From Auanema rhodensis (taxonomy: Eukaryota; Animalia; Nematoda): a stretch of DNA of 64,000 nucleotides. The translations under genes were made by a program, and so were the position numbers. Shown here in pieces: positions 53,253-64,000 of the stretch; position 1 is the stretch's first letter, and each line of letters starts with the position of its first letter. The notes under the pieces are model-generated. The model saw nothing but the letters and a program-made list of their open reading frames with translations, made no database searches and was not told the origin of the DNA. Where the stretch lies: NCBI GenBank assembly GCA_964057225.1, contig OZ059896.1:10044001-10108000 (forward strand), given 5' to 3'.

Positions 53253-55729
53253 AAGTTTTCATACTATCCTCAATTTACATGCACATGAATATAAAAAATG
53301 AAATTAAACTAAAATAAAAATGATGATGAATAAGAGAATATAAAAAAAAGTTTCGAGAAACGGAAAGAAATAAAATATACATATCTAACTAACTAACTAA
53401 CTAACTAGCTACTTTTTGGCTTATATCTTCGCTGATAGGAACTAGAAATTACGTTTTTTGCTTTCTATACTTAAAAACTGAAATTTTACTTTGTAAGTTT
53501 ACTTTGTTGACAAATAAGGATAATAGTTGAGTTAGAAGGTATAATTAGACTCAACATATAGTAAAGAGAGAAAAAGATGAAGAAAAAGAGCTTCAAACAA
53601 TCGTTCTTTGTATGTCTGAATAGAATTATGTATGTGTTGAAAAACTTTTAAAAAAAATGAATAAAGGATCATTCAAATTATTGATTATACACATAGTTAG
53701 GCTGATGATGTGTTTAAATAATTTGAGTAAATACATAAATAATTATATTAATATAATATGAAATAGTTAAATATGCAACCGTTCTTCTTATGATTGGCAC
53801 TTCATTAAATGGAAATTAAGTTTATTTCACGTCAAATACGTGAATTTCATTTACTTATTCAAATGAAGAGACATTTAACGTTCGTAAGCAAGTAATAAAT
53901 AAATGGAATGTGAGTAGTACTCATTATTAGAAACATTATTCTACAAATTTTCGAAAATTTGAAAAATTCCAATAGTAAAATGACATATGAGATCAATTAA
54001 CTATATATATATTATATAATAAAAAAGACTTATACTAATAGTTAGTATGATTATAAATTATAAATATACAATTAATTTCTTTTTTTTTTCTATTTCAAAT
54101 ATTTTTTTTTGTTTTGTTTACTAGTTTTCACCTCATGTGTTTGAAACATTCTTTTTTTGTTCCTGGACGAAATATGCTATGTACACATTACCAGTATTAC
54201 ACTTGTAAATTTATATTTTCTTCTTTTTTTTTTTTTTAAATCTTAAAAATCTGTTGAGTTCATATCAACAACAAAAATCTGAGCAATTCTATATTTAAAG
54301 GTTTAGACCAATTTAAGAGCCAATAACAAAGTAACATTGTGAACCTTATATGTAAGTCTGCGTTGTTCAATTTTCTTTTTATTCCATTTTTCTCTCCTTC
54401 TCTCCTGTATCCTTTTCCTTCCTTCTGCTTTTACTACTTCTAGCTTTTCGAATGCTCAATACAATCTTGGAAATCATTGAGAAAAGCTTTCAAGATTTGA
54501 AAAGGAGGAGTGCCCAGAACAAAAAATGAAGAAGAAGAAGAAGAAGAAGAAAAAGAAAAGAGAAGCAGCCGGTGATGTTGGCAAATCGACATAAGGATTC
54601 GCCTGTTCTTCTCCATTTGCCTCACCACCGACTTCTCTTCGAAGCGACGATTCTCTTCATCCGATCTCTGAGGAGGTTCATAAAGTGAGTGTAATGTTGA
54701 GATCACTAACTGCTCTGCGAATATGCTCGAAGGCGTTTGGAAAAGAAAAATAAAACCGATAGATGAGATGAGCTAAGCAGGCAAATTGTTGATAAATCAC
54801 ACAAAAGGAATAAATCAAAAAACATCTGGATCATCTCCTTTTCATGAAATATATAAATTCAGCTTTTTGTTGTTTCTTTTTCCAACTTTTTTGCTAGATT
54901 TACTTTTCTTTTAGTCTTTTTCCTATTATTTTATTTCAATGTCATATGTTATACAAAGGTCTCTCGTTTAAGCGGACCTCTGATGAAAACAAGCTCAGGC
55001 GATATGTCAGGTAAAGCTTCTTTTCACATCTTTTCTGCTAAAAGATTGTGTTCAGTTCAACAACATTGTTCACTTCAATCTATCCCTGAATCATACGTTT
55101 CGTCAGTTTTGTTTGAGCTTGATGTAGAGAAAAGGAAAAAGTTTGCAATAAAACAAGATATTTTACAAAAATGATATCATCATTATCATATAATTTACAT
55201 TGAACTTTCAACTTTTTCTATTTTTAAGCTAAAATTATCTTTTTCCTTTTTCTATAACAACTGATAAAAATACTTAAATATAATGATATCTACAATGAAT
55301 ACTAGAAGTTTTTGACACAAGCTATCATTGATATTAGATTGTTAATTAAATATTTGAAATGACATAAAAAGTATTATGATTACTCTTATCATTCTAATAG
55401 CAGAAAAGCATCCGAAAAAGAACAAAATGATTAAGAAAAATTTTGAAAATATTTGAAAAAAATTTTTTTTAGAAAAACGAGATGTAAAAATGAAATTATG
55501 AATATAGTTTTAATGTGATTAAGTAGATATAAATAATATAAAATATAGCAATAATTCAATATAATTTTGATTAAGTTGAGTTGAACATTTTAAATTTATT
55601 TGAATGATTAATATCATTATATATTTTATTTCATATTATAGTTAGTTATATAAAATATTTAAATCATACTTTCAATAATCGAATGAAACATTCATTATAA
55701 GATTGATGAATATGTTATATGTCTCGTAC

Positions 55730-55874
55730 CTTTTGTTCCATTTACTGGTATAGTTAATGTGACATGATCTCCAGTTGAAGTTGTGGTTGTTGCGATGACC
55801 TGCTGCTGTGGCTCATCAGGAGATGCTCCAGCTGTAACGGAGCTAACACGAAATCGTCCACCACCGGTCGGCAT
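55730..55874 (-). CDS. kcc-2: Distal alternative first coding exon of the KCC gene (long isoform)
   Basis: ATG at 55874, then 48 codons + 1 nt (MPTGGGRFRVSSVTAG...PVNGTK) ending in AG|gtacga. Phase 1 matches the shared exon at 45594, and the exon contains an RFxV motif. Confidence 0.8.
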
Positions 55875-58081
55875 GGCTTCAGATGACGATGAAGATCAAC
55901 TACAACGAGATGATCGTGTGAGTTAAACTGCAATGAATTCTTGATCATGAGCTTTTAATGAATAGTCATGAAAATGGAATGACGATAGAAAAATGTCGGA
56001 GGAAATAATGTGAATCCGAATACAAAGCTCTTCGAAACAATTCGTTTTACTTCTAATCTATGAATGTTGTTTCCAAATGGTGAGCAGAAGATAGCCGATT
56101 TGATTACATAGTTGAAAAAAAACTGAATTTCGGCTGTATGAAGAAATAGGAAACATGAGATATAACTGAATATTGTGAAAAAGAAAAGGAACGATCAAAG
56201 AAGGAAAATAAAAAAGTTAAAGAGCCAAAAACGGCAAAAGCAACCAATCTCTACGTCAGCAGGATCAAAAATGAAATGTCATGTTGGGCGTAAAAGTTCA
56301 CGTTGAGTGTATGTGTTCGTTGGGTTAAAACGGAGGTATTTATAAATTAAGTGAGGAAGAAACACAGATTGAAAGAGAAGGAGAACAAAAAAAGAAAGAA
56401 GATGAAAGAAACATGAAAAGAAGGAAAGAGTGACAACTAGCAATTAGCATACAGCCCAAGTAGATGAAGCTGTGCAAGCAGCATGATGAATGGAAATAGA
56501 GAGGAAACACATGAAACGTTGAGTGGACAAGAGATTTCTCAAATAAGATATTGGTGAAATAAATTTTAAATTTACGAAATCGAGATTTATTTAATATCAA
56601 TTTGTCTTAAATTAGCAAAAAATATATAAATATATAACTATATGCTCATATATACATAAAAGTTGGTTGTCATATAAATTTGAGTAAAAATGGAGGAAGA
56701 ATGAAAAATTGAATGATATGGAAAGTGAAACGAATACGAGAGAGACAGCCTCTTCCTGTTAGTCTACGTATTGCACGAAAAGCTTAAGATAGTTGGTTAG
56801 TGGAATAGATATACGCTTTCCAGATACTTCTCTTTCTCTTCTCCTTCATCAGATGATTGAGACGTGCGTGAATCTGCTCGTCCGTGTTTTGTCAACTGAA
56901 ACACTGTTCAGTAGTATAAGTAGGATAAAGAGAAAATGGACGAATGGTAAGAAAAAACATATATTGAGAGGGCAATGAAGAAACAGAGTAATGGAAAGTT
57001 TCTAAAAGGTGTTGATGAAAATAATTATGTTGGAGAGAAAGAGAAAGAGAGAGAGAGTTAAACAAGGGAAAGACAGACAGAGAGACAGATAGAGAGGGAG
57101 GGAATTATTTGAGAGGAAGAGAGAAAAGTAGAGAAAAGAAGAAGCAGGCAGTGGTTCAAAAGCAGTTACGAAGCTGAGACTGCAACCCCCTTCCCTCTCA
57201 GCTTTTCTCTCACTATCTCATGCTCTCTTTCGTTTCGCAGATCTGTTTCTCTCCTGGTTTTTATCCTGTGAGACTATACTTCTCTGTTGCCTGACTAAAA
57301 GCTAGAGTTGCAGAGAAACGGAGATGCATGCACATATACACAGGAGAGACACCACATGGGGTCATTCCATGTGCTTCTGCTTCTGCCTTCTTACTACGGC
57401 GACCATTCACTGCATTGAAAATGAATAGGAAAAAAAGACGTAGTAGTTGTTGAAGAAGAAGAAGAAGAAGGAAGAGAAGAAGATGCCGACGACCACGACG
57501 ATCGAAAGGAAGATGATGATGATGTTGGTGATGATGATGATGAAGACGACAAATTGAAGTTTGTGAACGAATTGAAAGAGAATTGTAAGAAAAAGCTATT
57601 TGAAGAGAGATATACACAAATAGATCCGTGTGTACAAACATATGTATAAGAGAAAAACATTTTTAGCTCATTCATTATCCTAAAAACTGATGTGCAGAAA
57701 GTGAAAAGGACTACAGAGTAAAATGTTTAAAGTCATGAAGACTAAAAATGAGCCAAGCAGACAGAATGGCTGGAAAAGCTGATAAAGACGGTTAAGTTCG
57801 GGCGGTTTCCAATACTATGAATCAGAGTTCGGAAATTAAAATATAATCTACTGATCAATGTGAGTACCAAAATGATACTTGTAGGTATAATTTCAAATGA
57901 GACGTATCAGAGTGACAACAACGTTCATTCAATACGACCTGCTTAACTACGGAACTTGACAACAAGGATTTAAAAAAGAAAAGAAAAGAGATATACCACA
58001 TAGACAATGTGCAGGGAATGGGAAAAGACACAGAAAACATAAGTAAGAGGAAAACGAAGAGAAATAGAGAGAAGTGACACT

Positions 58082-58336
58082 ATGAGAGCAAAAGATGTTA
58101 TGGACATTCTCAAAAAAGCGGAGGACACCAGAACGACAAAAAGGAAAAATGCAATTATCTTCAAGGAGAAGACACAGAAGCATCGCAAGATGCAGCAGAT
58201 TCGCGAGAAATACAAGAATGGCTCTGGCCACGGCAACTCATCTAACAACGATGAGGACGAGTACAGCGACAACAGGAGACGACAATTTCTTTTTCGGAGA
58301 GGAACTTCCGATGGCGTCATCTTTGACGAATCTTAA
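58082..58336 (+). CDS. Possible orphan small protein (84 aa)
   Basis: ATG-to-TAA ORF with 47 of 84 codons ending in G/C in an AT-rich background; no recognisable domain. Confidence 0.25.
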   Translation: MRAKDVMDILKKAEDTRTTKRKNAIIFKEKTQKHRKMQQIREKYKNGSGHGNSSNNDEDEYSDNRRRQFLFRRGTSDGVIFDES

Positions 58337-59808
58337 GTCAGACTTGGAATCGCGAGTTTAAGGCTCGTTAGAATACTGAAACGGCTGTCAGCAGTTGTTT
58401 AAAGAGGCCATTAAAGCTCAAGGTTCATGTAGCAGCTATATTCAATGTTTTGAGATGAGTGCAAGCAGAAAAGGTGAGAGATTGAATGAAAATATACAAA
58501 AATGATGAAAGCCTGTTGATAATGAGCACAGTTCTTGATATGATGTAGACATGAAAAAAGATGGAAAGCTGTATGAGAGATATGATGAAAGGGTGGAGAA
58601 AATGAAATGAATGGTTGTATACTACTGATAGCTTTCACGAGTCATTAAAATGCTTTTGTGCTCTTTTGAAGTGGAATACCGGTAAGATATTCGGATTATA
58701 CTTCTCTTAGAATATGTCTTTAAACATACCTAAGAGCTTGAAAAGTTGAATGTAAACGTGTATGGGATATTGAAGATGCTGGAAAAGTGGAAATAAGACG
58801 AAAAACAAACATGAAAGGCGATGAAGTTTGGCCTTTTATGACCAAAAAGCTGGCATCAAATAGAGAAATATGTGAGAAAAAAAGAATAACGAGTGATAGT
58901 TGTTGAAATGACGTTAGCGGATTAGAGCCTATGTATGTTTAGGAGTACATAAAATGTTTTTATAGTTAAGTTTTATATTAAATTACTATAATAAGATTGA
59001 ACTTTGATATAAGTTATCATAGCATATTCTATGTATACAGAAACATTTTCTTTTCTTTTTCGTTTTTTTTTGCTTATAAAAGCAATATTAGTTGGATGGA
59101 GAAGCCATTTTATCATCAGAGTTAGTTATGTAAAATTTAATTTAAATATTCTAAAGGTATATTTCATTGAAATGAAACATTTTCATTGAAAATATATAAA
59201 CGAAAATAGAAAAAAAGAAATTTGATGATCCAAATAAGATTAATCAACAGTAGGTGTCTTGTTATCGTTTAAAATAGATAAGAAGAGTTTGCACAGTGCT
59301 CAGAAAAACGTTTCATTTTCCCTTCTTCAGCACAAAATCTTATAACCTGTTTCTTCAAATTGAGTTAGTTCTATATTATAAGCATATATCGATTAATTTA
59401 ATGAAAATACGAAGCGGAAATTGGAAATATTCTAAGAATAAATTCAAGTTATGTATATGGGAGAGTATTCATTGAGATTCCAAATATGAAAACAAAAATT
59501 TTGAAGAAAAAAAAAACAAAGTCGGTCTTCTATTCATATGTCTCTATGTATATATATATATCAATCTCAGTTATATATATATGTATGTATATATGAATAT
59601 GAAAATGAAATTAAAACAATATTTTTATTTCGTCTAATTATTTTTTTATCTTTAAAAAATAATGTTTATTTAACATAGGTCCTGATAAACATGACTAAAA
59701 AGGGATGCTTTGCTAGAATAAATTAACAGAATGACAGCTGGAGCTTTTTAAAATATTTTGCATTAAAATTGTAATGATTGGAAAATGAATGTAAGATAGA
59801 AGAAAGAA

Positions 59809-59813
59809 AGAGA

Positions 59814-59852
<39 letters not shown>

Positions 59853-59872
59853 AGATAAAGAGAAAGAGAGAG
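59809..59872. repeat. Imperfect (AG)n tract
   Basis: AG run interrupted by a G-run. Confidence 0.85.
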
Positions 59873-60853
59873 ATGAAACACTAGAAACGGATTTAAGAAA
59901 AGTTCTATGAACTTCTACAAGAGATTTAAACATACATGCATACATGTATCTATACATATATAGATATAGATATAGATATACACTTAACTATATAAACGTA
60001 TATACATATATCTACACAGTTAGTTACATATATATACATATACATATACATATTTATATGTTATTTTATCATAAAATAGGTTTAGAAAGCATAGTAAAAA
60101 TAAAATTTATTCAGATATATGTATATTGCACATATGAAGTCTTTTGGAAACTTTTCAATATGGCAGATGTGGAAATCTGAATATGAACAGGACAGAAAGA
60201 TCAAAAGAGAGAAAGAGGTAATGAAAGAAATGAAAAACTTGAGTATGGAGGAAGAAGGATAACAAAAAAAATTTTACATGAAGATTGAAATGGGCGGTCA
60301 TAAACATGATTAATAGAATTGGCAAAATGGATAGAGAACCGAAGATGAGCTATTAGAAAAGAACTCAAATGAGCAGAGTTTTTTCTTTTCTTTAATTGCT
60401 TGAATCTTTGAATCATTTAAGTTGAATAAAAAAAAAACTATTTTATGAACTATAGGAAAGACAAAATGAAAATCAACGGAGCCCAAGTCCGGTTACAGCT
60501 ATTAAAATCACTCTTCATTTTTAGCCTTTCCTTGAAAACCATGAGAGAAAGAGAAAGGATAACGACCGGATTTGGTGTACTTGATATGGCTGTTTGAGCA
60601 GCAGGGAAAGCAGTAAGGGAACAAGAAATGACAAATTGTCGAATTGAGCGTGGTGAGAGAGAACGTAAGGGACGTAGTGGTAGAGATAGGAAGGATAAAG
60701 AGAAGATGAGGAAAAGATGATGAGACGAACGACAGCTAGATAGGAAAGGAGAAAAAAAAGAGTGTTTGTTGTTGTGAGAGACAAGAAGGAGAGATAAAGA
60801 GATAGAGTAGAAGAGAAGAAAGAAAGTTGTAGCGAGAAGAAGAAAAAATTAGA

Positions 60854-60855
<2 letters not shown>

Positions 60856-60916
<61 letters not shown>
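60856..60916. repeat. (AG)n microsatellite, about 30 units
   Basis: Pure AG run. Confidence 0.95.
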
Positions 60917-60921
<5 letters not shown>

Positions 60922-61734
60922 CTGTAGGGAAAGAGATAAATATTTCGAACCGTCTGAGTTTATGATTCTTTTCGATGAGCTTTAAGTGAATAACAAACTA
61001 ACTTGCCATGTATAATCTATTCATCTTCTTTTTTCCTCATTTTAAATTAGCATATTGAAGAGATTGTAAAAAAGAAAAAGAAAATCAATGAATTTTTATA
61101 AATGAGAAGATAATATATAAAATATATTAATGATAACTATATGTATATAATTATATTAAATATTTTTCTTATACTTTATATACTATGTCTTTGACATCTT
61201 GTTGCTCATATTTGATCCTTTGTAGTGGTTTCTTATTTCTTTTTTTTTATTTAAACTTAAAAAATAAAATAAAATAATACAACAATACAACAATGTTCTT
61301 CAAAACAGAAGAGATGTATATTTGAATTTTGCAAAAAAAAAAGAAAAAGAAGATTGTATTCTGCATTTCGGTATAATATATTTAATTATATTGATATAAT
61401 TATATTGAGTTCAATGAGAAATGTTTAGAAAACAGACGCTTAATAGATAATATATACACACATACATTGTATATTCAATGATATCAATTTAGCTAATTCG
61501 TAATATTTCATATAATCTTTTTAGAAAAATATTATTGGAATTAAAGAGAATTTTTCTTAGAAAAATCATATATTGAAATTATATGAAATATTGGTTAGAA
61601 AATGAAGAGAGAGATAGAGATAAAATTAGAGAAAGAGTCAGTGTAGAATAGAGAGAGAGAGATAAAGAGATAGAGAGAGAGAGAAAGAAAGAGAGAGAGT
61701 AGGAGATTTGATTAGTATGGATGATTATCATTAC

Positions 61735-61814
61735 CTGAAGCGAATTGAATTCAGGCGATTTTCAAGCTCTCAGTCTCCTACTCTACCGCACCCAATCACT
61801 GGTTGCTTTTCCAA
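61735..61814 (-). other. Candidate 80-nt non-coding exon
   Basis: ttttcattcag acceptor and CAG|gtaatg donor; stop codons in all three frames. Confidence 0.35.
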
Positions 61815-62984
61815 CTGAATGAAAATGACTATATCCTTCACTTCAGATCACTTCAATAGAAGTTAGAAAAAACTACAATTTTAACTTTGCTTACAAACTT
61901 GGCAAAACAAACCTTTTCAATACTTTATGGGGGGGGGATTGAAACTAAGAAGAAAAATTTTTTTTTTCTTAAATGATACTACAACTTTGAAGTTTTATTT
62001 TCAAGAAAAAAAAATTCTTTTAACACACTAAATATTTTGAATGATGTATGATGAGTAGACTACCATGTATCCGATAATTAAAAGAAAAAAAAATATATTT
62101 TTAGAATCGAATGACTTGTCTACCCCCAATGAATAATGAAGAAATTAAGAATGATAAGGCAATTTGTTCAGACGAACTTTTCAGCTTCTTGTCAGATCAC
62201 ATAATACCTATATATAGACATTTTTGAAATATATTATTGCTGATAAATTTGCAACGAATATTATATTTTTGTCAAGGATTATAGTTAAATGAATGATGGA
62301 AAAAATATATATAAATACTACTTTTATAATATAAATATATATTTATAATAATTAAAATTATAAATATGTATAATTTAATATATATTTTTAAATTATTAAT
62401 TATATCATATAGTTATTGCATATTTGATATATTTTTTGTTACTAAAATAACGGAACAAATTCATCTTTTTATTGTTTTATTGTCCAATACTTCAGAAGTA
62501 ATTTTTCAATTATTTCTGAAAGATTGGCAAGGCTGTTCAACAGAAAGCAGTTGATATTTGAAATTATCTAGTTCCATCATCTTCTCATCGAAATTTTAGC
62601 AATAAAAATATTGAAAATTGTCGTTGAAATAACTAAATTTTCAAAAAAATAAAATAAAAAAGAATAACAATATTGGATTAAGTATTAATGATAGAAAAGC
62701 CTCTGAAGAAGTGATGATGGTATAGGATTTGATTGGTGATAAGAAATTTTTAATATGATAAGACTATCTTAACACACTTAATTGCTATTTTTATTCCGAC
62801 GATCCCATTCAGTTTTGTCTTATCGTTTCTAATATTTAGAGTTGCTTCTACTAAGATGCACAAAACTAAATATAGATAATACATATACAACAATAAATAA
62901 ATAATAATAAATATATTAATATAATTAACATAAAATATGTTTTTAAGATTATAATGAGAATCAGTATTAGATGTATATGGTACA

Positions 62985-62985
<1 letters not shown>

Positions 62986-63013
<28 letters not shown>
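62986..63013. repeat. (TC)n microsatellite
   Basis: About 14 TC units. Confidence 0.9.
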
Positions 63014-63015
<2 letters not shown>

Positions 63016-63437
63016 TTATATAAAGAAATATTATTAAAGTTTAAAACTATGATCGTTTAAAACAAAAAAGAATCATATGAAAACAAGAATTTAGTTTTAA
63101 AATTGAAAAAAAAAGAATTATTCTCAATTCATATAAGCAGTAAATAAGTTTCCGGAAATATATGGCGATATAGATGTCGATTTGTTTATATATATACATA
63201 TATATATATATTTTTTATAAAGTAAAAAAGAAAACATAAGAAATAAAAAAATAGAAACTGATTGTAAATAAGAATTGAGGTACGTATGTATAGTGTACAT
63301 ATATCTCACAAAATAATGTGAAAGCTAGTAGTGATGAGATAAAAAAACAAAATAATGGAAAAACTTAATGACACGCTTAAGATAATAAATGATTTTTCAA
63401 TGATTAGTATGAAAGATGATGAATGAATTAAATAGGG

Positions 63438-63439
<2 letters not shown>

Positions 63440-63507
<68 letters not shown>

Positions 63508-63511
63508 GAGA
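63440..63511. repeat. (AG)n microsatellite, about 35 units
   Basis: AG run with one interruption. Confidence 0.95.
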
Positions 63512-63717
63512 GGAAACTATTATATTGGAAAAAAATATTAGATGGATGAATAGATAGCCATATGAGAGTTAAAGAGGAAAGAAAAATAACAAATAAGAGT
63601 GAAAAACACGAAGAGAAATAGAATGGAAGGGAGGAAAGGACTGAGTAGGGAGAGAGAAGGGACAGGGATGGTAATAGATAGGAGATATACATACATCATC
63701 TGAATGACTATATATAC

Positions 63718-63748
<31 letters not shown>

Positions 63749-64000
63749 TATATATATATAACTATATATATATTTATATATGAAAGATAGAACAAAATAA
63801 AAAGGTGTAAATTGGCAAATATGATTTATGGATATACGAAAACTGATTTGACGGACAACAAAAAGGTTTGAAGAAGTTAAAGAAGATGCTGAAGAAGATG
63901 CGAACGGAAAAGCACTGACGACTGGCATCCTCAGGATAGGGAAAGCTTATTTTCGAATGTTTGTGGAAGGCAGGAAAGCAGCCAAAGATGGGAAAGAACA

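Noticed and set aside
48244-53834. TGACGTG(G/A) UPRE/CRE-like motifs on the minus strand at about 48244 and 53827
   Set aside because: Short motifs that cannot be supported without conservation or ChIP data.
38398-63928. Numerous F/L/S-rich or E/R/K-rich ORFs in the track (e.g. 38398, 48406, 48434, 52906, 57261, 63306)
   Set aside because: Translations of CT/AG low-complexity tracts, with no domain or splice support.
63848-64000. Open plus-strand frame running off the window end
   Set aside because: Short, no convincing acceptor or upstream start, and purine-biased.

Overview
AT-rich eukaryotic genomic DNA, almost certainly from a rhabditid-type nematode. This rests on TTTCAG-type acceptors, a modal intron size of about 40-50 nt, and proteins close to C. 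elegans PLX-1 and KCC-2 as I recall them. No prokaryotic, CRISPR or autonomous mobile-element features were seen. Gene content: a 3'-truncated SLC36 amino-acid transporter (-); an intronless secreted 4xLysM protein with a Gln/Tyr octapeptide spacer (-); about 16 kb of non-coding DNA; a plexin (plx-1, +); a convergent patatin/iPLA2-type phospholipase (-); tRNA-Gly(GCC); and a K-Cl cotransporter (kcc-2, -) with two alternative first exons. The most striking pattern is that all four plexin introns over 150 nt fold back on themselves. In two of them the unpaired remainder is about 42-46 nt, the normal short-intron size. One 254-nt intron forms a long rod with a possible loop pseudoknot and could be an intronic ncRNA. 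Also notable are a cluster of conserved-miRNA seed sites in the plexin 3' UTR and an RFxV SPAK-docking motif restricted to one KCC isoform. All gene models and RNA folds were made by eye and need computational confirmation.
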